A stretch of 64,000 bases of DNA from Botryllus schlosseri (taxonomy: Eukaryota): contig CM119384.1 of the NCBI GenBank assembly GCA_051294905.1, positions 5,270,001 to 5,334,000 of the forward strand, given 5' to 3'. Numbering within the stretch: the first letter of the stretch is position 1; each line of letters opens with the position of its first letter. The notes under the pieces were generated by a model. That model was not told the origin of the DNA, did not search any database, and worked only from the letters and a program-made list of their open reading frames with translations. Made by a program: the position numbers and the translations under genes. Of this stretch, positions 28,682 through 43,100 are shown one piece after another.

Positions 28682-30088
28682 ATGGAAGAAACTGAACAAG
28701 AAAATCCAGAGGTTCAACCCATCGAGCCAAGAAGTGACAATATTATTTCGGCTGATTCAAATGAGACTGAATTGAAATGTGATGAACGTGAATCAAAACC
28801 AGACCAGACTCAGCAATCCAATGACAACGATGGTCCCTCAGCAAAAAACATTGATTGTGAAGAATCGTTGGAACAAGGTAATCCGTCATCCCTGCCGTAC
28901 AATTCTTCAGAAAGAGAAGGGTCAACCGATCAAGATAACATGGACATTGCATCTAATGATGCAAGCCTGTTGGAAGCATCAATTGAGGCTACAAGTGCAG
29001 TTCCAAAACCTTCTTCATCAGGGAATCAAAATGACGTACATCACATTAAATGGATCGAATGGTCAGAAGGAACAGTTCCGATAGTGACACAGAACGAAAA
29101 TGGTCCCTGCCCATTGCTGGCGATCTTCAATGTGCTGCTGTTATCAAAGCGAATAGTATTAGGCGGTGGTGTGGAATTCATATCATCTGGCCAGATATTA
29201 TCTCGAGTCGCTGAAATCATATGGGACGCAATGCCCAAGGATCTGGCCGATGATGAAAAACTGAATTATGAGCAAAACATTTCAGATGCAATTGATGTAT
29301 TCCCTAATCTTCAAACCGGATTGGATGTGAATGTGAAGTTTGATGCTGTACAATCATTTGAATACACGCCAGAATTAGCTGTATTTGATTTATTAAGAAT
29401 ACCGCTTTACCACGGCTGGCTTGTTGATCCGCAGGATACCTCAGCAAATGAACTACTGGGAAATTTAAGTTATAATCAAGCGGTTGAGAAGGCGATCAGT
29501 CATTCTACTAGTGAAAATCATGATGAAGTTCAACTTGGACTTATTGTACAACAGTTTTTGGAAACAACCGCCTCGCAAATTACGTATCATGGAATTGTGA
29601 GTTTACAAAACGAAATGCAGCCTGGAAGTTTAGCGGTATTATTCCGGAATAATCACTTTTCTACCATTCATCGCCATAATGACGAACTGTTTACATTAAT
29701 CACCGATCTCGGATTCGTAAAAGAGCGTAATGTGGTTTGGGAATCTCTCACTAGTGTGCAGGGCGATTCTCAATTTGTCGATGGAAATTTTTTAAATTCG
29801 CCCCCGAAATCATTGCAAAACCCTGTCGAGAATACTACCCAAAGCACGGACTTGGATTATCAACTTGCGCTATCGATGCAACATGTTCAACAAGACCCAA
29901 CTCCGCCTCAAGACGACGTCCCACACAGCAGTGACGATTTTATGTTGGCGCAAAGACTTCAACAAGAGGAAGACAGGGCGGCGCAGCAGGCCCAGTCGCG
30001 TCGTCCTCGTCCATCTGGAAACACATCCGGTCGACAGCCCAGAAACCGGTCGTCCCCCAAAAAGGATGATGGCTGCGTAATACTGTGA
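28682..30088 (+). CDS. MINDY1/2: MINDY-family K48 deubiquitinase (MINDY1/2, FAM63A/B co-ortholog), single coding exon, 468 aa
   Basis: Uninterrupted ORF with catalytic TQNENGPCPLLAIFN (Gln, Cys), LFRNNHFST (His), GLDVNVKF and LYHGWLVDPQD. Tandem MIU-like helices (DYQLALSMQ, DFMLAQRLQQEE) and a C-terminal CAAX box CVIL*, as in MINDY1/2. Confidence 0.95.
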   Translation: MEETEQENPEVQPIEPRSDNIISADSNETELKCDERESKPDQTQQSNDNDGPSAKNIDCEESLEQGNPSSLPYNSSEREGSTDQDNMDIASNDASLLEASIEATSAVPKPSSSGNQNDVHHIKWIEWSEGTVPIVTQNENGPCPLLAIFNVLLLSKRIVLGGGVEFISSGQILSRVAEIIWDAMPKDLADDEKLNYEQNISDAIDVFPNLQTGLDVNVKFDAVQSFEYTPELAVFDLLRIPLYHGWLVDPQDTSANELLGNLSYNQAVEKAISHSTSENHDEVQLGLIVQQFLETTASQITYHGIVSLQNEMQPGSLAVLFRNNHFSTIHRHNDELFTLITDLGFVKERNVVWESLTSVQGDSQFVDGNFLNSPPKSLQNPVENTTQSTDLDYQLALSMQHVQQDPTPPQDDVPHSSDDFMLAQRLQQEEDRAAQQAQSRRPRPSGNTSGRQPRNRSSPKKDDGCVIL

Positions 30089-31176
30089 AGCAGTGTTTCT
30101 TGGAAATCATCGAGTTTTGTTTTTCGTCAGCCATTGGTTCATACTCGTATGCCTGATCGAATCGGATCAACTGTGAAAGGAATCATGTACAAGTGTTTTC
30201 TGAGAGCGTCAGGTCCCAAGTTACTGAAGTTACAGTGGAATATACTGTAATAGATAGATTTTTCTCGAAATATCCCATGCTGGTTACATTGTTTGAACTT
30301 ACTAAGGCCATAAAGTTAGGTTATCCTGCAGAATACTAATTGCCTGATTGAAAACTGTTAATCCTGGATTCGGCAACCTACTATACTGGATTAAAAGTTT
30401 AGACCAATTTCATGCTCCACATTTTTGAGAGGACGATTAGCACTGTCCCAGATAAGCTAACTTTATGATCTTCGCTCTAAATCAAGATATTAGTATATAG
30501 TAATATTGCAAAGGTTAAGAGCCTATCGATCTGTGGATCTTCTATTGAAATAAAAGTGTTGGGTGTGGGAATTATGGTTCTGATTTTCTTCTATTCAGTA
30601 ATTACCACGCCTAAATTGTAATAACCAACTGGAGACTGTTTGGTTTTTTAGAATATGCTCTCTAGAACGTTTTGTACTGTCTTTTATGGTGACCCCATCC
30701 GGAAAATGACGATCTCAAAGCATCACAAGTCTTAAACAAGACCTGTCTCTTTCTTGGTATGCTTCAACTATTGCACTCCCAGCGTGTGATTAGAATGGGC
30801 AAAGGTGCTACTTTATTACCCCATGCATCAAAATGTTGGGCGTACTGTGATCTCGTGACATTTTGAATGCAGGCGCATCTGTGTAATGTAATTATCGCTT
30901 TACATTGTATTGGTCCTTTCTGACAGGATTTCACTTCATATGAGAGCTTTTTAATTGATTGCGCGCATTTACTCGCTGATTTCTGATTTTATGCTAGCAG
31001 TGGTTGTAAAGTTCAATGGTGTAGTACCGTACTCTCATGTATAAGAATAGCAATTTACGCCTTTATATTCTCTATGGTACCTGTGTTACTTACCCACTCA
31101 TTACTACTGTATCGTTTTTGTGCTTCAGGGCTATTATCTCCAGCTAATTTTTACTGTTGCAAAGTGAAGGAGGATT

Positions 31177-34100
31177 ATGAGCTATCCTCCAAACCCGCCT
31201 CCTCCGAGGAAGGCGAGACCTCAGGTGGTTAACGCTAAGTCGGATCTTCTTAACAACGCGGAGAATGACCAAACTATTGAACTACTTGGAAGGAAATGCT
31301 CGGTGAGTGAAGCGGCAATTTTTGAATATTCAAAGCGAAGCCTGCTATCACCACATGAATGTGTGAAATGAGATTTATCACTTGACTTCAGTTAGGGTAA
31401 CTTGAAATGTTGTCACAGAACGCATTATGCCATGCCATATGAGATAGAAGGGGAGTGAATCGAGTGATCATCTACATCGTTGGGTCTTGATCTCGCGGAC
31501 CGGTAAAACTTGAAAACAAATCCCGCGGACTGGTGAATCTTGAGAAACGAAAATTCACCTTAAATTTAATTGCGACAATTTGAATGTAATATTGGAAAAT
31601 CCATTTAATGATGCTTTTTTGATGGTTCTATTGAATTTTCTGCAAGGCAAATTCGTAAAGTCCTGTTGTTATTGTTCGCTGGCCTTTGAAAGAAATGTGA
31701 ATTTGCTACATTCTCTGTCATACTGTAAGAGTGGCCTAATTGAAGTTTGTTTAAAAGTCTCTGTAGCTTTCGCATAGGCTGTAACTCTAATCAACGGGCA
31801 AGCACCCAACGTCTTGCGTTTAGGAATTGAGATATAAAATTCTAATATATCTGGCAGTTGAGAACAACTGATCTACATGTTGTGGTTGAATACTGTACAT
31901 TCTTTCAGTTGACATTACTAGTAGCTTACTATCTTATTTCATTCCGATAATTCAGAGGAATATTGCTGTGAGGTTTATCCTGGAACCTTCATTTATTTGA
32001 TGGTACCAACAGAATTGCGTATTTTTTGTTTCAATATTCCCACCACCAGTTATTATGGTTTACCAACTGGAGATGTGCTAGTTCCAGTATCAGTATCTCA
32101 AATGCTCTTATGACTCACCATTAGTAACATAATAATATAAAACAACATAGCCTTGCAGCCCTGTAAAGTCGTGCCATTTTAGAAATTTTTGCGTAATGTT
32201 CTTTTCAAATCCCATGCTCTAAGCAATTTCGAAATCATGACCGACTGTAGGTATGACATAGGTATAATGCTAGTCCTGAAAAGTGGAATTTGGACTGACC
32301 AGTTCTCTGTTCTCTGTAAAACTCCGTGGCAGAAAATTTCCTTTTCTGTGTAGTGTAGTCAAATATTTAGATAACCTAGTATAATGTGTTTACTGGATAT
32401 ACGCGTTGAAAAAGGTTTACTGCGCGATCGATCTAATAAGAAGAAAAAATGGCATGATATCTATAAAATTGAGAGCTTGTGTGACAAATCACAATCCTAG
32501 AAAGACCCTAATGGTACATTCTCACTGTTCTCAGGCACACATGCTTTTGTCATTCAAGGGTCAGAACTTACTACAGAAAAACCTTACCTTGAGCAGCAAT
32601 TGTAACTAGCTAAATGTCCACTAAGCTGTTACCAGCCATTGGCACTAGCTCAGAGCAATATGTCATAACTCTCGAATGCCAGATACAATTAAATCAAATT
32701 TGAACTTACGACTCCCTCAGAACGAAAATTGCGACTCAAATTCTGAATCCCCAGCTTAACGATTCAGTCATCTGACCTGCACTCAATTTTTACCAGCCCT
32801 AATTAGCATTCAATCACCATTTCCGCATTATACTTTGTATTGCAACTTTCTAGTAAAACGAATCATATGTTCCTATAGGAAATTGAATATTATAGTAGGC
32901 TACCATAGCGCATATGCTCCTGTCTGTTGTATGGTATTAATGAACTCCTTGCGTTGGCCAGCTTTGATTTCCTAATCACTGATGGAACATGTCTCTAATA
33001 GGGCAATATTCTGTTTTTCAGTCACTGTCCACTGCCGTAGTGCAAGTGTTTCTTGCGCAAAATAACCGATGGAACAAGAAAGGTGTTGGGGTTGGCTGTT
33101 TGGTCAAGGATAATCCGAACCGTTCATATTTTATCAGAGTATATAACTTGTCTGTAAGTAAACTTTTGCTTTCAACATTGACATTTTAGCTGCTATGCTG
33201 TGTAGCTGTTTCTATTTTGTAGCACGCAACTACTGTAATTTTGCTAATGTAATACGTTTGTTGATATACAATGTTCTCTACTAGTTGCTGACGATTAGGC
33301 TACCCATGACGAGTGTCAGCCGAACATGTTAGGGTTCATTTCAATATGAATGTACCATTCAATTGTATATTGAAGTTCTGTACCTCCAAAAAGCTCTTCT
33401 AATGTAATACTAGATTTTAATTTAAATATCAGTAGAGATTGTTGTGGATTGACCCTTTTTCTGAAATTAATCAAGGAAAAAGTGTTTAACGCTCAGTATC
33501 TTTTTTCAATTCTTCATTTATGTTATTGGATGTATAATAGTATCAAATTATTATATCTATTTCGAACCATTGAGATAATGGGTCACTATATGCTTATAGG
33601 CATCAGATGTTCTGTCAGAAGCTATTTATTTTGCAGTACAAACTGAAACTAGAGCCTCTAAACTATTTTAATATGAGCATGAGCATTGTCAACTACAAGT
33701 TCCTGTTTGAGATCTTTCGCTTTCAATATTCCATCATCCTTGAAGGCTTTTACTGAAATCTAATCAAGCTTACCCTCCTGATCATGCATGAATTTGTGAT
33801 GGGTCAATGTATATCCTGTATGACAACGAAGCCTTTGGTAACCAGTCGAATGTCAGATTCAACTCTGGCCTGGCTAGAGATGACTATCACATCACATACA
33901 TTGTGTGTTGTGAATTTGTATTTTCGAATTGCATTGCTGTGATCTGTATTTGGCAAGATGTGACAGCTGATGTTAATCCGGAGACGGTTGGCCTGTCATA
34001 TTGTAAGCATACCCATTACCTTACGAGTATTATAGAGACAGGCTATAACATGTTTGTTGGTTAGTATGAAGGCAATATCAATGCCTTATGTCACTGGTGT

Positions 34101-37100
34101 CCAATGTCATCAAATTGAAATATATATCCACCTAAACTGAGATTTGATAAAATATGACATAACAGTTTAGACTGTTGAACTCTTGACACTGCTTTGAAGC
34201 AGATTTGAACATGAAAATTTGGGTATGAAAGTGAACTAAAACTGTAATGTTATTATTTTTTGAATAACATTGTGGAGTGTCCATAATATGGATGGACCTA
34301 CATTATATGATTGTAGATTTGCTCCAACCCTTTTCTGTTTTGTAATGTAATGTCAGACCAAGCCAATGACATCATTTTAACCATGGGTTTTGCAGCCTGC
34401 CTCAATCATTTACAATTGTCTATGCTTGGACTGAAATCTGTTTTCTGATACCGTACTACACAATCGTAGCACATCACACCGTGATGAAGTTATGCGATCA
34501 TGCTATGTGATGTTGCCTTGACTCACGATCATTAGTATACTTCATTGCATTGACGTATTGCATATTTCCAAAAGATACAGGAAGCCAGGCTTGTAGTAGG
34601 TTTCTGCCCGATGTACGTCACACCCATTTGTATCTCAAGCGGTGAACACAAATGACTGAATTGATTATTTTGGGGATTCATTTTCCAAACCGTATTGCAG
34701 TTATCTTTGTTTTAGATTTTTTCAAGCACAAGGTCTTGACTGCTCTGGTGCTGCTGCTCTACATGGTGTTATAATATTTCATGGCTCACATTAATGACAG
34801 CGCCTTTTTTGTCAAGCCTTTGACTTATCTGATGACTTGGCACGTTGAAATATCTACGCCCACATTAAAGTTTTGTTGAATATTGATGCGTGCAGAAAAA
34901 ACTGGAGAATTATAAATATGAAATATTGATACCTGGTAGTTGTATGCAGCTCATTAGATCGGGTTCATAAGATTATCTTGGTTTAACCTGGATTATTTGT
35001 ATGTGTTAATCAGTGAGCTATGCACAGTGCACACGCAGATTTTACTTGGTTTTCTTTTTCTTATTTTGCAGACGCAACATATGATATTTGAGCAGGAGCT
35101 CTACAACCAATTCAAATATTCTACACCAAGGGAATACTTCCATACCTTTGATACCAATGTAAGTGGATTTTCGTCATTGATTTGTACTCAAAATCCCCAT
35201 GCTTTATGAGCAGTATCCTACCTGGAGGTATTGATGATATTATTTCATCCTTTGAACATTATGGATCAATGCACTAGGTGGATTTTCGATTTCCTTACTG
35301 AGAAAGCGCATTAGCCCACGCTTTAAATATGGTGTTTCTGATATCATCACGTAACGGTAATACCATGTCATAATGGGATTGTGGCACAATTGCACACTGA
35401 AGTCATTGTACGACTCGGAATGCATCTTTTTGGTTCAGTTGCTAGTTATACACAGAGACCGTGGAAGAAGTCAGCGTCTGTGCTCAAGTATAGGTATAAA
35501 TAAGAAGTAATTTCATGAATTTCTGCTCAAGTACAAGTAGAAGTAGCATTTTTAACACATGCCCAGACTACTTCAAGTGAAAATACAAAAGGAAGGTCCG
35601 AAAGTACTCAAGTAGCATTTAGCGCTTAATCGGACAAAACTAACTTGAGTGCTTCAAGAAAGTAGAAGTACTTCGTTACTGACTACCTCCAGTTATATAT
35701 TCCCGTTTGAATGTGAAAAGTGACGCCTGATTTTTGCACCCCGCTCAGGAATGTCGGGCCGGTCTCAATTTCGCGAATGACAGAGAAGCACGTCATTTTC
35801 GGGGGGTCGTGGAGGAAAAGACCCGGCACAAGCAAGAGAAGAAGCAAGGTGAGTCTTGAATCCGTCTTCTGTGAGAATTCTCCGGGAGGGCCGTCTGCAT
35901 TTTTCCTGTCATATATCACTTCATGGTCAGATGTTCTTTGCGGTTGAGGCAACCTGGAATTCGAGCGTAGTTTGTACAGAAACATGTCGGTGTCTATACC
36001 AGGTCTGGCGTTGTGGGATTTTTAGAATGATCGAAAATACGCGGAGACTGGAGACGCTGTTTGACTTCAATCTGCGATAGTGTCTGGAGCATTTACTTAC
36101 AGGATGTAAATGTAACTTGACTTGATCAATGGTTGGTTTGGATGAAAGACTTCAGATGAAAGGACACCAAGCTTGCACGTGTGTTGCGGTAAGCGCACAG
36201 GGAGCTGCAGAGGGTGGCAGGCAATTGTTACAGTTACAGGACATGAAAGTGGCTGTGAGGGTCCGGTGTGAAGGAACGTCAAGGTTGCGTGTTGCATTAT
36301 CCTGCCGACTGAATTCAGTCTCACGAGAAAGACAGCCGGGATGCAGTATGGCAAACACTTGCTTGCTTGTAGCATTATGAAATGATTTTTGCCGCGCCTT
36401 GTCTGTAAATTCTCGGCTCTAATCCCCCAATTTTTGTTCTGGCTTCACCCATCCCAGGATGAACTGTTATTGTGGAAGATGTGTGATGGACCATGGTCTC
36501 GATGCCTGAACGACGAGGGATTGTAATACGTAGGCCAGTTGCATTCGGCCCAAACACACTCGGAATATGCCTATGCGCTATGGCTGTGCTGTAAAAATTG
36601 ATCTAGGACAGGTTTTAGGTGTACTGTACGTACAAACAAGCTGGCTAACAGATGGGGAATATGGCTGTGTTTTGAATATACAGTGTTTACTAGCACTTCG
36701 CTTAAAACAAGTCGCGTATTGGAACAATATGTAATGTTTTCTTACATGGTGAAGAGATTTTTACTCAAACACTTGGAAAACCTAGTCGAAGCACGCAAAA
36801 CGAACATCGTTTACAATCTACACCACACAACACATGCTTTATGTCATAAGGCTATTCTGGGATATATTGTGGTTGTATCCCTTGGCTTAAATGTGAGCTA
36901 TCCGCATTCCGCAAGCTCTTTCAGTCATCGCTTATGAATTACATCAGGAATGAATGTGTGACATGTTCTTGAAAAAGCTATGGAATAAAAGTAGACAATT
37001 TTTCAAAACAAATCGAATAGCAAAAAGAAAATATTGTACGAAAACAATTTGTTTGTAGTTGATTTTGATATTTGAACACACCTGTAATTCGGAGAATTTA

Positions 37101-40100
37101 GTAGGTGTTTCGATTATGAAACGTTCAACTCTAGAACTCCGCTTCTGTCAATGCTATCGCTTGTGTACCGTTTGCTGACTTGCAATATCAGATGCTACTG
37201 TTTCGAATGACTCATCTCGCTACCAAATTTCCAATCGGTATGTAAAAATAAACCGCTCGGTGGCGCTAATCGCATATCTTGTTATTGTGTCTCTAGAACA
37301 TTAAAAAAACTACCGGTCCTTGCTTGAGTTTGCAATTCATGCGGATCCGGGTCGCGATTTGGTGACAAGGCCAATCGCTAGTGCAAGGCTGAGACGTACG
37401 CAGATTCAAGATATGTCTCAAGTATAGGGCTTTGTCACAATGATTCAAGTACTCTAATCTGAATCCAGCACTAATTTATCAACGGGTCTCATAGTTATGT
37501 GCCATTTTACACTGCTGGAGGCTGTAAACCTCGATTGGTCGTAACGCGGTCTACGAAACATCTAGTGCAAAGCTACCCACGTCCGTGGCATTGTTATATC
37601 TGTGTAGTGTAGTCTTGATCAATCCATGGCATTGTCACAAAGTGCAATATCCGCGAAAAAATGCCAAATAATCTTTAATATGACATAGAACTGGCATTTT
37701 AATATGCGGTCGCATAAAAGGTACATTTTGAACTTTCGACATTATTCATACTGTTGTGACGTCCTAGTGAGTGATACTCAGGTACTCGATTATGCCCAGC
37801 CCTAATCTCAAGTCATGTGTCCCGCTGTCAGCCCGTATAACGGCACAAAGGTCGCGTTTTTGGTCCACGATTCGCGCAGTACACACGAGGTGTGGAGATA
37901 TTGGAATTTTGTAATCGAGATTTCGTGGCGCTGGCCACCTTCTTCAAACAGGCCTCCGCGTTTAAGCGATTGGTGATAAGCGATCATTAATCGCTTCGTG
38001 GCCCACCGATACCGCGGTCCGTTAATCGCGAAAATACAGAATACGAGATATCGATACGTTTGGAAAGGGCGGGAGTCACGAGGTCACAGTACTTTCCAAT
38101 ATGACCTTTACAGTTTACAATTAATCTTTACAAGCGCAGGGTGTTTACGGCGCTGACACCTTCGCCCCTGAGATGCACCGCCGTTGGCACGATTACAGAT
38201 TTAGTGCTCGTCTCTTCGCGATGCAAATTAGAAGGTTCCGATAGCTTACGTGTGTCGAGTGACGTCATAATTTAGAATATAATGCGGACTGTTACGGGGT
38301 CGCTTTACGTTATCGGAAAATCCGTATGTTGTGCTCAGAGCTGGGCAACAGAAAAAAATTTCAGATATTAGAATTAGTACTGTAGCTAAGCAATTAAGCA
38401 TTTTCCTACATTTTCCTAATTAAATTAGAATTAGAGCTTCGAACATAAAACTTGCGAATTGAATCGAATTGCGAATTCAAAAAAAAAAATCAAGCCATAT
38501 TTCCTTCTCGTAATCACAAACGTCTGTGCCCAGCGTTTCGTACTGTAACAGTTGTCCCCTAGCATATTCATGAACACTAGAAATAGATTAGAATTAAAAT
38601 TAGATCATAGAAGCATTTCACAAAGTAGATTGGAATTATAGTACCGGCATATCGCTGTAATTGATATAATTAAACTAGGATTATTTAGTTCTTAAAGTCA
38701 GGTCTGTTGTGGTTTTCATTTTTCCGGTCGCCGATTGCGCGGTGATCTATAGGCGCTCGTAGTCTGGACGCCGTCACGAATCTACCGGATTACGCCGAAA
38801 ATCGTGTCTAGTCTGCTGCGTTATAGACTTGTGACCAGACGGACAGTCACCGTGGTTCGCGCGGCAGGTGAAGGCCTCATTCGCCCGGGCGGCGTTGGAA
38901 GAAGAATAGCGTGTTTTACTGGATGGGTTCCATTAGTGCTTGGCACGATGATTCGAGTACTCAGATCTGAATCAAACGATTCGAACTGAGTAGCCAGACA
39001 TGACATAGTGGAATTACGCGCTCCTCGCCACAAAGTTTCGACTCTGGAAGCCTTGAAACTTCGAGTGCGGCCGTAACGCAGCACACGAAACGCAGTACAA
39101 ATCTATGCAGTTCAGTTGATCACGTTGGTGAAAAGGACGTTGGACGTTTCTGTTAAGTCGCGATCAGGTCACAGCATTTTCACAAAGTTCAATGAAGTAG
39201 TCATGGTCGGAACAACACAAAAATATCAATATTTTTATGTCGAACAGGCATTATGTTATATGTGGTAGCGTAACAGGTATATTGTTGAACTGGTCATATC
39301 TTCTCATATACAGAGATACTCGAATACTCACTTGACTCAAGCCTAATACTCGATTCAGAATCGAATTGGATGGAGAGATGGATCGCGTAGGCTTTGGATT
39401 GAGTTGGCTTTGGCGCCCTCATCGATTGATCCGACGTTTACGTTTCCGTAATTGATGTTATTTGTTTTTAATGGAGATGGGTTTCGGTTTAGTAAGTCGC
39501 AGACAAGCAAGTTCATTTGTGGTCAGGCAAAAATCGGGTCACGGGTGATTCCTTCCTGATTCGAGTGACAAGATACCGACCGAGTGTTCCAGTACCACTT
39601 ATTATGACGTGTACAGTACATCCGTGACCTAGAATAACTTGCCGTAGACCCGCAACCAATTTTGCGACCGTGAAGTAAATAAATATATCGATAGCATTTT
39701 CAATGAGCCAACTCGACTGTGATATAGCGGTATAGCCCACTTCGCAGAATATCGTTTGCATGAACGTGCGTCGTGCGTCACTTTGCGTTACATGGTTTTG
39801 AAAGATGTGATGCAGTCCGCCGACTTTTTCAAGGCTCCGGCGAAGTGAATTAGTACAAACAGACTGTGATTGCATTTGCGTATTGCGCGATCGGGTACGC
39901 GCTTTAGCAAGTAATTGAATGCTTTTGAAACTGTCGCGACACGCTGCATCGCGGCTTATTCATAACTGGCGGGATCTATCTTGGATTCTTGAAATCATGA
40001 CTGCCGCGTTCGCTGAAAGATGCTATCTTTACTCGCGACGTTATATAATTGACACCTGTACGTACATTGTGTGCAATGTGCAGGTGCGGTGCCAAGTTTT

Positions 40101-43100
40101 TCACTCATATCGCCCCGACATTTTAATTTCAGCTTGACGCACTACGTCTTATTTACAAGTCCGCAGCTGTTGTCAATGTTTAGTCATCGTTGGTAGTCAA
40201 GTAGAAGGAACGTTGAAAATTTACGGTCACGTAGAAGCATAAGTAGGCCCAGTTTTGCTCAAGGAAATGAGAACTGTCAAGTAAAAAGTAGAACCATGAT
40301 CACTTGAGTAAGTAATGCAAGCAGGTAAAATCTACTTGAGTACTTCGAATAAGTCGAATTACTTCGTTACTGACCACTAGGGCTGCTCAAAAATAACATT
40401 TTTTGCGGATTCCAGCCAGTCACTGAATAAATTGACGGGTTAGCCTTATAGGCGCTGCGCACCAAATTTCGTTCAATTGTACCCAGTATAAGCCGCCGCG
40501 GAGCCAAATTTAAATTGTTAATTTATTATGAAAATTAAATGAAAAAAAATTCAAAACTTTTTTTTACAACCCCATGAAATTGTTGTGTTGTCTTCAAATA
40601 CGATGCAAAACAAATTTGACTCAATTCCAACCCGTAGAACCGGAGCCATTTATAATTCTGGGATTATGGGAGTATTATGCTATTTTTGTAAACCCAGAAA
40701 TTTCAACTGCAATAACACTGCTTCTACGAGTTGGAATTCAGTCAAATTTGTTTTGCATCGGTTTTGAAGACAACTCAACAATTTCATGGCGTTAACAAAA
40801 AAATTTGAAAAATTTTTGAAAATTTTTCGTAATAAATTAAAATTTTAATTGGCTCTGCGGCGGCTTATACTGGATAGAATTTAACCAAATTTGGTGTGCA
40901 GTGTTTTAAGGGTGACCTGACAATTCGATCGGTGAGTGGCTGGAACCCGAGGAAAAAAAGTTATTTTTGAACAGCCCTACTGACCACCCATATAAAAACA
41001 AGTATTCTAGGCCTCTAGATTTGCCCAAAACACTGAAAATTTAAGTACAAGTAGAATTATAGAGTCTTAAATCATATCCGCGTAAGGAAGTTGTGCAAGC
41101 ACGCAAAATCTACTCTAGCACCTTGGAAAAGTAGAAATTACTGACCGCCTCTGTAAGTCTGCAGATCTTTGTGACACGCGCAACCAAAAATAATACCCGC
41201 TCGCGATCGCATTACGGAACTCGAGCGTCAAGAAAAGACCTTTGATTTGAATGTCACCTGCAGCTCACGTCTTCCACTTGCGTCACGTCCGGTTGGATAG
41301 ACTGAACCAGCGCCAATAAGCGCGCTGCGGGAATCTACACTTAGAGGAATTGCGATTACCGCAAATGTGCGCGTGCACGCATCGAAAATCGTGCCGCGCG
41401 ACGTTATTCCCACATCGCTATTGTGGAAGAAATGCCATTTGTTGACCTCAATATCGCTTCTTCTGATTCCGCGGGGGAAGTCGTTGGCCCGCATTGCCTG
41501 TTCTAGTATATAGCAGTTGTGGTTATTTCAGGCGAGATAGTGTCTCGTGAGTCGTGACAGCTCAAGTTGGGAAGTTTTTGTCAGCTCTTGGACTTGATGC
41601 TGCGTGCTTATAGCTAATTACTATGATATTTGTACGCGATTAGATGGGAGTATGGCGCGATTCCGGATATTGTCGGCGCGTATACAACTATACGTGCCGC
41701 GCTGAGTATGGGGTTATGACGTGGGAGCAAGGTCTGTAAGCTTCGTGTGCTGGGAATTAGCAAATAGCATAGATACAAAATTGTGGGTCGACATCTATTT
41801 GAGTGATGAGTAGTACGTCTGGGCGAAAGCGAGCAGCTGAGTGATTCGATACTAGGCGTCGAGTCGAGCGCACGAGCATCACTGATTATGACGTCATGAC
41901 AATGCGACTTATTTGGAAAATTCATATATTTACCTTTTAGCGACCACAAAGAGGATGGTCACACATTAAAAATTTGATTTTATTTCGACCATACCTTGCG
42001 CGTTGGGAGAAATTTACGGATTGATCACGGCTTCATAGAAATGTCGCTTCCACTTCCACTAACGGGCGTTGCTATGTCCTGCATGTTTTTTGGCTGCTGT
42101 GTTAACAGCAGAGCTAGATTTCAAGGTGGGAAGATAACATGAAACTAAACTTCTCGTTGATAACATAACTTGTACTGGCGTAGGCCGTAAAATTCCAGTG
42201 CCTGGAAAATAGTGTCTTAGTAGCAATAGTAGCAAGGTCGCCTGTCGCTGTATACGTGGCATAAGATCAACGCATAATCTCCAACTGCAGATTGTAACCA
42301 GCCAACGCCGAGAAGTACGCATACATTGCAAATTCGTGAACAAGACGACGCAAAATATGAAGACTATTGGCATTTGGCACTATTGGTTCACTTCGCAGAT
42401 ATTGTCACGACTAAAATAGTGATTCGGAGCAATGCCGATTTTCGACATACAGGATGGTTTCAGAGTGGTTCCAGTGCCGTGACTAGAATATAATTTATAT
42501 TTGCGAAATCAGCGCGACTGTAGCTTTCGCTAAGACCAGTTTTAATAACTTCTGCGAGCGGGTCGCCAGCCTTGAGATTGCTTGCCGTTTACCTGGTTGC
42601 GTATGTGGTGTGGTCTGATTGCTAGCGGTATCTGGACTTATCCTCACTCGAACGTGCATAACTGCTACGGGGTTGACCCTCTTGCGTGTGTACCGTGTAG
42701 TGTACATCTCGGTTTCGGCTTTGCGACATCATTTTCGTCCGTTAGACTGCAGAACAACAGAAGGGTTACTAAACTATTTTTAGCAAAGGTCCAGTTATAG
42801 AAGTTTAAAATTAGCTTAGGTCCGTTATAACTCTTCGTGAAGTAACTGACTGTCATACAAATATAATGCGGTATAACTAAACACAAAATTAGGCAAAGCT
42901 GTATTAGCTACAACCGAAATTTATTTCATGTTCTGTTAGTCACAGCTTTGTGGACAATTGGCTAGTTCTTTAAATATTGGTGTCCAATGTAAGGCTAGAT
43001 CGAGTCGAAGGCTGCATGGTGAAGGTTTTCGATGGTCAATGGTCAATTGGTCATACAGATGCGAAATCTATTTATAAAGTTCATGTTTGAAAATACGCAG

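Noticed and set aside
36097-36600. Retroelement integrase or LINE fragment
   Set aside because: Only a vague AYRNT-like segment; no DDE or RT motifs could be aligned.
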